DNA of 64,000 nt, taken from contig JALDTO010000215.1 in the NCBI GenBank assembly GCA_023515725.1, forward strand, positions 85,052 to 149,051, read 5' to 3'. Below, piece by piece: positions 27,847 to 39,843 of the stretch. The notes below the pieces were generated by a model. That model was not told where the DNA came from. It did no database searches and was given only the letters and a program-made list of their open reading frames with translations. This DNA comes from Amoeboaphelidium protococcarum X5. Taxonomy: Eukaryota; Fungi; Aphelidiomycota. Position numbers and translations under genes: made by a program. Positions within the stretch are counted from its first letter, which is position 1, and each line of letters opens with the position of its first letter.

Positions 27847-29877
27847 TCAACCGTGTCTAGCGATTTCACGTCCAAAAGCAGCAGCCATGAACCAGTCTGA
27901 TGCCAGACGAACTCTCTGTCTTAAGCTGACCACCTCACTTAGGTACACACCTCTCCACAAATACAGAGTCACCAATCTTCCAACCAAGCCTCCGCGATCA
28001 GATGAGCCAAAAGTGTATCCTCCGCCAAAATCAATCACTGCTCTCGACATTCCAAGATATGCCAGAGATCCCAAATGATGATACTAAAATGCCGGATAGA
28101 AGTTGTGATAATCAATTTTGGCGTCAAAGCGATGAGTATCACCAAACTGTTGAAACTTGCCGACGTATTGATTGACTAATTGCTTCGATTTTCGCCAGGC
28201 GCCGATATCTTCGCCGGATTGCAATTTCTGTTATTCCAGCTGATAGTTTAGGAACTTTGCAATATATTTTCCCTACTGCTGAGCCACCTGAGCAGTAGCC
28301 GGATATGCTTTTAACTTGTTGTTGATGTCAGAGACCATTTACTCAAACTCTTTGTACTCTAAGCTTCCGCTCTGATTTTGGTCATATTCAGAAAATACGT
28401 GCGTCAATTTCTGCAGATATACTTGAGTTTGAGGATACTTTAATATCATCACCTGAGCGACTTACTAGAACTCACTAAATGTAAGCGATTAATTCTACTC
28501 CTTACCGGCTTGTCTAAATAAATCCAGAATCTAATCAACCAACTTGGGCACCTCTACTGTAGAACAATCACCAACTGCAAAGATATTACCATGACAAAAG
28601 TCATCCTCAAGTCCAGTGGATTAAGAAGACTAATTTTGGAAGCCTTAATACACTCCCTTAACGCGTAGTCTATCATCAACTACAATCGCTCTAGAATGTG
28701 ACTGACTGGATATCTTTTGCACTATCCTCTCTGTCAATGGCTGCATTCCGACTCCAGTAGTCCAAACGCATAGACCATAAGGGATTTTGATAGTCTCCAC
28801 CTTCTTGGTATCTCTGTTGGAGAACTCATACGTCAGCTGATCCTCTTCAACCTGCGTGACTTTAGATCTCAACAGCACTTCAATACCATCCCGTTCAAAT
28901 TTCTCCCTGGCATATTCAGAAATCTTCTCATCGTAAGTGTTCAGTATGTGATCCACACTTTGGATGATACAAACTCTGACGTGCTATTTCAAATGGGGGA
29001 AGAAACGAGAGAGGTCATCATTGAGATAGTCATACAATTCGGCGGCGAATTCAACTCCAGTCGGACCTCCACCACAGATGACAAAGGTGAGCAACTTCTT
29101 CACCTGATCCTCACTCAGCAATGGAACGGAAGCCTTTTCAAAATTCTAAATAATTTTGGCCTTGATCTTTCTAACATCCCCGGCAGTCTTCAGAAAGCTG
29201 CAATACTCACCGACACCCTTGACGCCAAACGTGATGCTTTTACTCCCCACAGCGATGATACACTTGTCAAATGGAACGTAAAACTTTCCACTTTCTGCAG
29301 TCTCGCAGAGAACTCTATTGCTACCATTAGGGAACTTTACAGGGTCATAGTATTCCAAGTCAACAGCGGCTCCTTCAATATAGCTGTATTCAACTTCGTT
29401 GATATCTCCATTGTTAGAAGTCCACCCACTCTTCTTCATGATGTTACGAATAGGTTCAGTCAGAGAGTTGATCTACGTGGTACCAACACAACATGATGGA
29501 AGGAGAGGAGTAAATAAAAAGTAATTAGTGGGAGATATCACAGTGATGGTGTGATCTTTACTCAGATTCTTAATCAGCGCTACACTGGCCCATCCGCTTC
29601 CCAGCACAACGACGTGAGGCTTTTACTTGTTTCCAGCCACATTCTGCGGTATGAAAGTTGGGTACTAAGAGGATGATTATTGGTCGGGGATCAACTGATT
29701 AGATCTTGGAACCGATGGTGTAGAGTCTTGATGCAGTTGTGACTTGTAAGAGGTGTTGCTCAGTTTTCGACTTAGATTCAATGTACATACAGCAGATGCA
29801 GATGCAGCCAGTATTTTAAAGCACTTCAGTCTTGAACTATTTCGCATAACAACTTGTAATGCACTCGATTTTAGCAT
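27847..29877 (-). CDS. Mitochondrial alternative (type II) NADH dehydrogenase with EF-hand insert
   Basis: [45 protein letters not shown]; EF-hand loop [12 protein letters not shown]; GSLAYLG; presequence. Confidence 0.95.
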
Positions 29878-30162
29878 TTGGTAGAGATACAGTTTAAAAT
29901 AAAGTGCGAGCTATTATGATATGACTCAGTCAGCGATGATAGCAGATTTTAATACCATGAATGAGATAGTTCAAAAAAGCTGCACCATCGTTTTAAGGAA
30001 GAGAAAAGCTTAAAATTGATTAAACACACTGCATTGTTTGTGAAATCGTAAGTGTGAGTTCCTTCCACATATCTCATGGTGGCATTCACCATGAAGCATA
30101 CTAAATAGCAATAATACTACAAAATATATACTGAAATTTTGTTCACTTTCATCCAAGTACAA

Positions 30163-30244
30163 GTCAACATGCGATAGCGGTTATTCGGTTGCCCTGCTAA
30201 GGTAATGCCCTCCGGGCGCGCAGGTTCAAATCCTGCTGTTGACG
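30163..30244 (+). tRNA. tRNA-Ser(GCT)
   Basis: Acceptor GTCAACA/TGTTGAC, G73, anticodon loop CT-GCT-AA, long variable arm GCCCTCCGGGC, GGTTCAAATCC T-arm, downstream T-run. Confidence 0.9.
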
Positions 30245-31944
30245 TTCTCTTTTTGCATTTTTGAGACTTGACTAGTATTTTGAATTGTAGAGTGTGAATT
30301 TCTACTGCAAAGGTGAACGAAGGAGATATTATACTCATCTCGCGTCGAGATTGAGTTGAATCTTGCGGGAGAAACGCTCTTTTGCTTTGTCTATTGTTGC
30401 TGTGTAATCACTTTTAATCAGAACCTGCCTGATATAACGTCAAGGTGAGCAGTAAAGCTGACTATTTAGTTCGCGTTTTGTCAAATGTCATCTTTACATG
30501 TACAGCTCTACTTCGATTGTTGATAGCTGAGCTATAGCGGAATAAATGTCTATCATAACCTTCAAGCATTGTAAAGCTTCTTCTTAAATACATCTATGCT
30601 GTAGTGAATGAGTGTCAATCATCGATGAAAATGTAAGAAATAAGATATGTATATATGATGGGTATGAATATATATTAAGGTCACCCACTTCATAAAAATG
30701 TACCAATGCATACGAGATGGAGACTGAGTGCTTCATGATATGATTGACGGCAAGTAGTTGCACTCAGCCACCAACTATATAAAACTACTACTGACAGAGA
30801 GGGAGAGAGGAATCATTCAACACGCAATCTACACAAAACAGAGTCTGGAAATACATTGCATCATACTGAAACCAAATACTTACGTTAGTCCGGAGGTATT
30901 CAGCGTCCACTTGTAATAAATGATGGCAGGAGTGCATGAGGAACCTACAGTGACAAGTTAGAGTTACAGCACACACAAAGGCACGCACACAGACACTTGG
31001 TAAATAGGCATCCCCTTACCGAGAGCCATCCATCCAGCCATACCAGTACCATCCACCAGTTAATCTAGAGTTTGGCAGCAAAGTCCCCCACGGTCAATGC
31101 TGCCCAAAGTTGCCCGTCATCCGAATGCCCAGCACCATATATATTGCATCGTAATGACGTTCTTGAGGCAAACTCTGCTTCAGCGCAAGGCTGTCGACGG
31201 GGTTTCGGCGGGCTATGGCACAACGCAATTAGTGTCGCTGCACCCGCTTACTAGGCGGCCGACACCACGCTGGATGTACCTACATACAGACCGGATACAG
31301 CTGAGAGAGGTTCCCCGACAAGGAACTTATTCAGGGCCCTTGGGTCGCATGCAGATAAAACTTGCATGGTATGAATGTTAACGAGACGCATGGCGACAAA
31401 ATCGGAAGCCAGACTTACAATCGGACTCATTCTACCGGCGAGGCCAGACATTGGAGGCACCAACAGCACCAAGTTGTATAAGCCACCAATGTCGTACTTG
31501 CAGCAAGACCTCACCCATCAGCATACTAGTGAAACGCTGATTAATTACGAGTATAGTAGCTGGAGCCGCCCGACCAGACCATGTCGAGCAGGCAATCAAG
31601 ATAGTGGACGGAAGTGCTCCAAGCTTCATTCTTGAGCCACCACTTGCTTTGAACCCCGCTCCGATGCTAACGCTCAAATGAGACTACCAATAGGTTATAG
31701 CACATATAAGAGCAGGGCCAGAAGCTACCGGTTTCAGGAACAACGGGCAAGACTCCCAACAGCCATCTCGAGCCTTGCCTTGTGATCAGTTGTTGTCCTG
31801 CTTCAGTGGATGACATACCGCACAATAAATCATGCATTGGTAAGACGATCTGAACTGGGGTGACATCGTATGAACTCAGCACCTCCGGTTAACAGAGAGC
31901 AGTTCTGATAGTGACCAAACTTGCAGGTTGGTGGGGGGTACAGA

Positions 31945-31947
<3 letters not shown>

Positions 31948-31980
<33 letters not shown>
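31948..31980. repeat. (AG)n microsatellite inside the repeat element
   Basis: About 16 AG units; interrupted and shorter in copy 2. Confidence 0.95.
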
Positions 31981-31983
<3 letters not shown>

Positions 31984-32359
31984 CAGATAGCAGACAGATA
32001 GACAGACAGACAGGAGAGAGGAGGGAGAGAGAGAGATGAGCAGAGGAGCAACACTTAATGTGCCAACTAGGAAGAGAGTGAGGACATACAATACACAAGT
32101 ACACATCGATCGGAATGACAGTGTCATTCGGTAAGTAGAGCTAAATTTACAGATGCTTACCCAAGTTGGTAGCTCCCAAATAATTGAGAGTCGTACTGAT
32201 CAGATGCTTCCTTAAAGTATGCCTCTAAACCGGTGGGTCCTCTCTTCAGAGTTGTTTGAGGATAAGAAGTGAACGCGCGAACCAACTCCACCTTGTGAGA
32301 GTATTACCAGTTTGTTTGTTTGTCTATTTGTTTGTTTGCTCACCCCCACACGGTCCTCT

Positions 32360-32381
32360 CACACACACACACACACACACA
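32360..32381. repeat. (CA)11 microsatellite inside the repeat element
   Basis: Direct reading; collapsed in copy 2 (~62709-62727). Confidence 0.95.
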
Positions 32382-32766
32382 AACACACGCGTGATCATTC
32401 ACATTGTTTGCCACTGATCTGGTTGGATACGATCAATAATCGATCAAAAATGGGATATGCTGGAATATCACTCATAAATGATTAAACAACTTCTCAGTAG
32501 TGTATCTAGTCATGTATATTATTAATTATGGATTCGTTTGATATAAAAATTATTTAAATTGTACATAGCATGGTATGTCACCCAGTCAAAGAGAGACATA
32601 CTGTACTGCGGACGGCTAAGAGGGACTTAAGTATACTCATTAATCAAGTTGAAGTAAGCTGCCTTACAAGGTAGAGTAAAAAGCGCAAGTTTGAAAATTA
32701 ATAAAACTTATCTCTCTCTTTGCGAAAGTGCTCTAAACATGACTAACGACTATCATATTTCATCTC

Positions 32767-34026
<1,260 letters not shown>

Positions 34027-34236
34027 ACTTTGATTGCTGATTTAACGCCTTGATTGAATAACTTACACTGTCTCAATTGGGAACAAAGACGCGATGGATC
34101 GTTAAAGCGACGCGAGTCATGTCATGTGCGATCAAAGTTCGCGCGCGTTTGAGAATCATCCGTCATTATCATCGGCAGTCAGTCACCTTTAGAAGAATGT
34201 TTCAATGCCATTTAAAGGAACCGCGAGATAATAGAA

Positions 34237-34755
34237 ATGTCTGTAAGATCAACTGTATGACCAAAAGATTACAATTTATTCAGCCTTATGTAGGATGGAC
34301 AGTATAGAACGAATGTGCGGCATGGCAATGCTCATTGGTTGAACTTTCAGTCTGAGGAATTGAGACTGGCGTTGAAGAGTGTCAGGGCGGAGTAGTCGAT
34401 TCTTGTGGCCCCTCAGTTTCAACCTCCAAATCCTGAGGATCCCGATGATGAGTCTATGGAATAGTATCGCTGTAAATTTGGCAAATAGAAGAAGTCAAGT
34501 CACTGGCAAGAAGATGGTCTGGATCTGAATGGAAAGATGGAAAAGTTTTTAAATCATCAGTAGAGCAGTGTGGATGAATTCTTATCTACAGTCAGCGAGT
34601 AATTTCTGCCTCAGTCCACTGGTGATCCTTAAAAACAAAAGTCTTCATCATCACAGTAGTAATAATAAACCGCGCGTTACTCTAGAAATTCTCGCGCCAG
34701 TGTAGACAGCTCCATCGTGTCCCCTCAAGACTTTGACATTTAACTAGACTTGTGA
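34237..34755 (+). CDS. Small protein resembling APC/C subunit Apc13 (intron 34243-34293)
   Basis: ATG TCT|GTAAGA...TAG|; ILVAPQFQPPNPEDPDDE...FG...HWQEDGL resembles fungal Apc13; polyQ written CAG TAG TAA TAA TAA. Confidence 0.6.
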
Positions 34756-34981
34756 CTTGAATGAATAAACTTGTATATTTAAACTTATGGAGACTTTAGA
34801 TTGTAACTCTCAAAGGTCAAATGATTCGTACTCGTTCGATTCATCCATCACACGTTTTCTCTTTAATTTTGAGTCGTTTAAAAGTTCTGGCTTTTGTCGT
34901 CATTACAATTGCACACTGAATAAGAAGCTTTAAGTTTTATCAGCTATTTAAATTTTTTGAACAAAATAAGCAATCTAAAAA

Positions 34982-36526
34982 ATGATATAGTAGGAAGTAG
35001 CGAAGGATATTGTGATTGTTGGAGGAGGACTTGTTGGCAGTCTTTTGGCCGTGGTGTTGTCTCAAAAGCCGTGGAAGCCCAATGTTAGAGTGTATGAACA
35101 GCGTCCAGATATAAGGAAGGAGAAAATGTCTGCCGGTAAATCTATTAATCTGGCACTTAGTCATCGTGGATTGAAGTCGCTTGCTCTTGCTGGAGAGGAT
35201 GTGCTGCGTGAGGTGGAGAAGATTCTGATCCCTATGAAGGGACGTATGCTCCATGTTAATGAACACGATCTGTAGGAGGTGCTATACGGCGTTCACGGCG
35301 AGTGTATCAATTCTGTTGATCGTAAAAAGTTGAATTGTATTCTATTGGATGCTTTTGAGTAGCTTTAGCCGGGTAAGGTGTACTTTAAGCATGAGCTGTA
35401 GACTGTAGACTATGATACTAAGAAGCTGACTTTTAAGGATGCTGAAGGTTAAATTGTGGAGATTGGTGCTGATTTGATTATTGGCGCAGATGGAGCGTAC
35501 TCCTCAGTGAGACGGGAGATGATGAAGAAGAATCGTATGAACTTCAAGCAGGAGTATATCGATCATGGATATATGGAGTTGAATATACCTGCCTCAGCCG
35601 AGACTGGTTCGTATCAGATGTCTAGTAATCATCTGCACATTTGGCCAAAGAAGACTTTCATGATGATTGCCTTGCCTAATACTGACAAGTCTTTTACCAC
35701 GACATTGTTCATGCCATACGCTGATTTTGACCACCTGAGAGCCAGCAAGGATGATCAGTTGATTATTGATTTCTTTAAGCTAAACTTCCCGGATGCTGTG
35801 CAGTTACTCGGTGGTGAACAGGCAGTCGTTAGTGCAATGAGAAATAATGTTGTGGGATCTCTAATCTCTATCAAGTGCCATCCATACAATTATGAGAACT
35901 CGGTCATTGTTGGCGATGCCTCCCATGCAATGGTTCCATTCTACGGGTAGGGAATGAATGCTGGTTTTGAGGACGTGTTGGTACTTGATGAGTTCTTGCA
36001 TGGCGAATCTCTGCCAGCTCAATACGGAATCTCGCAGCGTCTATCTCTGTACTCCAAGGCGAGACGTGATGATGCACATGCTATTTGCGATCTGGCATTG
36101 TACAATTATGAGGAGATGAGAAATGACGTGTTGACTCCCGTTTATAGAATTAGAAAGACGGTAGAGAGTCTGATGAATCGTGTGGCGCCCGAGACTGTCA
36201 TTCCCCTGTATAGCATGGTCTCTTTCACTTCGATTCCATACTCTCGTGTGGTGCGTCGCTGGAAGAGATAGAGTCTGATTTTCAATGCTGCGGGTGGTGC
36301 ATTCATTGGTATATCGCTTGCAGTTGGACTTGTGGCTTTCAGAAGATTATTTGTGGGTTCCAACTCTGCCGCAAGTCAAGTAGTTCGCAAGATTCAAGAT
36401 GGAAGTGCCGCGGGGTAAATCTCTTTAGCTCCCGTGCAAGATTCCATATTCAACTTGTACTTCAAGGTGGAAGACATGAGCAAGAATGCCTTTGAAAATG
36501 TCAAAAGTCTATTTCGCTTCCAATGA
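34982..36526 (+). CDS. BNA4: Kynurenine 3-monooxygenase
   Basis: IVGGGLVGSL, GKSINLALSHRG, LHIWP, FMMIALPN, GDASHAMVPFYG(TAG)GMNAGFED, IPLYSMVSF. Confidence 0.97.
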
Positions 36527-36650
36527 AATAGATATTAAACTTTAAGAGAGACTGTGACCATTTATAATAATAATATTACCAGAAAGGAATTTAAATATCA
36601 GGTTGAAATATAAATTTTCTCAATTGCATTTCACTAAAGGATCATATAAA

Positions 36651-36920
36651 TCACTCATCGTCCTCGTCATCGTCCAGTGGACCAACCAAGTCTTCGTACG
36701 ATCCTTGTGCAGGAAATTCAGCAAAAGCCTCAGCCAGAGACTCCTTCTTCAACTTGCGCTCCTCCTCAATTAGGGACATGACAAAGTTTCTACGCTGCAC
36801 CTTTGGGATCACATATCCATGCCAGAACCACTCTGATAGTGCAAATCCAACGATAGAACTGACGACAATGTGCTATAATAATGACTTTCTCAATGGATGA
36901 TAAATTCTTGGTGCCACCAT
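36651..36920 (-). CDS. COX9: Cytochrome c oxidase subunit VIIa/6C (Cox9-like)
   Basis: MVAPRIYHPLRKSLLQHIVVSSIVGFALSEWFWHGYVIPKVQRR matches the Cox9 pattern (single TM, FW-GY-P-RR); acidic tail. Confidence 0.75.
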
Positions 36921-37201
36921 AATTTACTAAATTTCCAAGACAGTAATACAGCAGGCTAACTAGCTTGATTAATAATACTGGGATTAATAAGAAGAGCTCA
37001 AAGAACGTTGAATAAAATTCACTGAAATTCTGACGTTGCGCCTGCTCGATTATAAACGTTCAAAAGAAAGTACTCGAGGTGAACGAAAGAAAAATTTTTG
37101 ATCAGCGGCAGATTTCGGATTTAAAGTGAGAACGGGCAATAGAAATATTGAAAGACTGACTACTTATGCAATTGGATTAATTGTTAGATCAATTTGCAGT
37201 C

Positions 37202-37615
37202 AAAAGGTGCGTTACCAGCAGTTCACGGATTTGTGACGGTAGGCGTTGGTTGACAAACGCTCTCTAATGCATACATCTTTTTCAGATTACGCACTACATT
37301 GCACATTACAATGTTGGACCTCTGATATGCAACAGATCACACATCTCCGGAGCCCGTGTCAGTCACTAAATCTTCTACCTGCACCCGATTCAATGCTAGT
37401 TGAACCATCTGCAGCGAATCCGGCACCTCCAATAACGAACTTGGAGACTCAGAACGACGATCAGAATATCTGCTTTCGATCTGCTTTCTTGTGCATAGCG
37501 GATAACTTCGAATTAGCCCCCCCCTCCACCGTTGAATGGCGAACGAGAGGCACCAGATCGGCGATTATCGAAGTATCCGGAACTGACACGTTCCGAAATA
37601 GCTTGCAAAAATGAG
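37202..37615 (-). ncRNA. Candidate structured non-coding RNA, family unidentified (ends approximate)
   Basis: At least five helices whose non-Watson-Crick pairs are G-U only on the minus strand; TATATAAA ~30 nt upstream; T5 run at 37206-37202. Confidence 0.55.
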
Positions 37616-37961
37616 TCTTCAATTGCTGATAATTAAGTGATGGTTTATATATGTAAAATAAAAGATTACGCGTCGATAAGTCACTATCATGTTAGTCGCG
37701 AAAAGAGAATTCATTACATCACCTTGAGAATGCTCAATTATTTCTATTTGCGCGAGTCATATAAATCTAAGAACGAATGCAAAGTTAAATGTTTGCCTGT
37801 CGTAAAGATGAGCCTGCCAGAAGGACTCGGAACTGACTTACGGTCTCCCCTGCATTTTGGGAGTCAAATGCGCCCCTTGAGATTATATAATTTGTGGAAT
37901 ATGCATCTTGCTTATAAATCAGCGGCTGATTTGTCTTTTCACCACAATTACCGTCCACACC

Positions 37962-38631
37962 ATGAAGATGTTTCTTAATTTAGCAGTGATTTGCATTGGC
38001 GCATTATACGCATTGCCAAATCAAAGTTTAACACTTGTGTTAAGCTAATCAGTGTCTGAAGGCATTCTGCCAATTCCTGACCAGTATCATGTTAAGTCCA
38101 CCGCAGAGAACTTTTTTACCGGCACATATCCTGTAGAAGAAGTGTATGATTATGAGAATTTGAAGTTGAAGATGGAGCGTCACTTTTGACAATCTGAATC
38201 AAACTGTCATTGTGAAGAATGGACAAACTGCTCTCTATTAGAAAACTATTGATATTCCATATTAATGTTTCGTGTATAAGGGTATCCCACGTGGCGCGTT
38301 TAAGAAGCCAGAGTATCTATTTACGCGCCTCACTGAGTTTGCCGGTAAGAAAGTCAAAGAGTACGCTAATGCGCTTAACAATCGCGATTATGCCGACTTT
38401 AAGAAGTGGCTATATGTTGATGTTGAAACTGGTGATCGCGTTGGTGCATTGGAGAAGAACATGCTGATCACCGGAGATTGGATCGAAACCATCAAATATG
38501 TGGATTACTATTCTGAAGGAGAGCTTGATGAAAGTGTATTTCAACCTCCGGTTGATATAGAATGCCAAAATGCGGGCACCTTGCTAGAGTCGATGAGCTA
38601 AAACTTTCAATAGTTCGTTATGCAACTCTGA
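37962..38631 (+). CDS. Secreted ependymin-related (EPDR/LolA-fold-like) protein, split by a +1 frameshift at 38184-38190
   Basis: Signal peptide MKMFLNLAVICIGALYA; LPIPDQYHV, EEVYDYEN; CAC TTT TGA C then +1 frame continues to LDESVFQPPVDIEC and TGA 38629-38631. Confidence 0.65.
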
Positions 38632-38729
38632 TCTAAGTATAGCTAATGTTCCCATCAATTGCGGATTATAAGGAGGATCAGTGAGATGACTTGATTAACT
38701 ATGAATCAATAAATATTTTACTTAACTCA

Positions 38730-39240
38730 ATGCGTGGTTACCTCGGTAAAGAATGTCATTCATGCCGAATATTCAATTCTTTTTAATGCACACTTGAAAG
38801 TCCATTCTCGCGCAGTCTTTTTCAATCTCACGGTATATAATGACGGCGATGGAATTATGGATGTCATCTCAAATTACGAAAGCTTCAATGCGTCTACTTT
38901 GCTGGAGCCGTATGCTCAGCAGAGGAAGAGATATAAGAAGTCTGTGTTAAATTCTTCCACGGATATCTCCAGTAAGTTAAAAAGCCGTTTGATTTGATGT
39001 AGGTGAATGTATGATTATTATACGGAGCTGTCCAGGTTCTCGTTTCCAAAAGTTGGGCTTAGGTGACTTTATTCGAATTGTGTGTGTTGGAAGTGATGTT
39101 CAAGCACGTCTGCCCCTGAACTGAAGTTAGAAAAGTTTTTCACAAGGATCAAGACGCCACTCATTTTGATTCTTGATCCTTGAATGATAGACATCAGCCA
39201 CACGGCATATACATTTGATATTTCTTTGTTTCACTTCATT
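38730..39240 (-). pseudogene. Possible decayed gene fragment
   Basis: Protein-like minus-strand frame (...LEHHFQHTQFEQ...IKRLFNLLEISVEEFNTDFLYLFLC*AYGSSKVDALKL...) broken by several TGAs; no family recognised. Confidence 0.25.
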
Positions 39241-39761
39241 GATTTATTTCAACAGTGTGTCTTATTGTAGTGCGATAAACCAAAACCGCAAGGTGGGTGA
39301 GGCGGATTCTCGGTCATGTCAAACCGCTAACAATTATAAGACAATCAGCTGTAATGGATAGTAGAAAGGCCTACAACGCGTACGACTACATTTATGTCAT
39401 TTTATCTGCGTTAACAGTTCAGTATTTAGCACCGCAAATATTACATTTTCGATTATTGTTAAGTGCTTTTTACACTTCATACTAGGACTTATAATATCGT
39501 CCCTTTGCTGGAAAGTTCCGAACGTACAGTGCAATAAAAGTCGCTTTAAATCTCATGATTACGATTACAGAGTATCGCTGTTTCTTACAAACCATCAAGT
39601 TGACTATATCAGCTTACTTATGGGGATCTCACAATGAAATGTCATAGGAACTTAAGTGCAACTTCAAAGCAAGCAAGCAAACTTATAGTCGTTACAAATC
39701 ATATAGTGTAGTACTTAGTGAATATATACTGCATAAAACTTCATTTTCATCCAAAAACCGA

Positions 39762-39843
39762 GTCGACATACCAAAGCGGTTAATGGGTTCGATTAGAAAT
39801 CGCATGCCCTCCGGGCGCGCAGGTTCAAATCCTGCTGTCGACG
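39762..39843 (+). tRNA. tRNA-Ser(AGA)
   Basis: Acceptor GTCGACA/TGTCGAC, G73, anticodon loop TT-AGA-AA, same variable and T arms as the GCT gene; one T-C mismatch in the anticodon stem; T-run terminator. Confidence 0.88.

Larger units (their letters stand above)
30720..32697 (-). repeat. Dispersed ~2 kb element, copy 1 (left boundary approximate); inverted relative to the copy at 62375-64000
   Basis: 31066-~32400 is nearly identical to the reverse complement of ~62700-64000; patchy similarity continues to ~32697; no transposase or RT motif seen. Confidence 0.9.

Noticed and set aside
31072-32127. Short ORFs in the repeat element (and mirrors at 62957-63994) as protein genes
   Set aside because: They overlap on both strands, include translated microsatellite, are broken by TGA under code 6 and show no recognisable domain.
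37246-37614. 122-aa plus-strand ORF
   Set aside because: No protein motif, non-ATG start; better explained as the antisense of the structured RNA.
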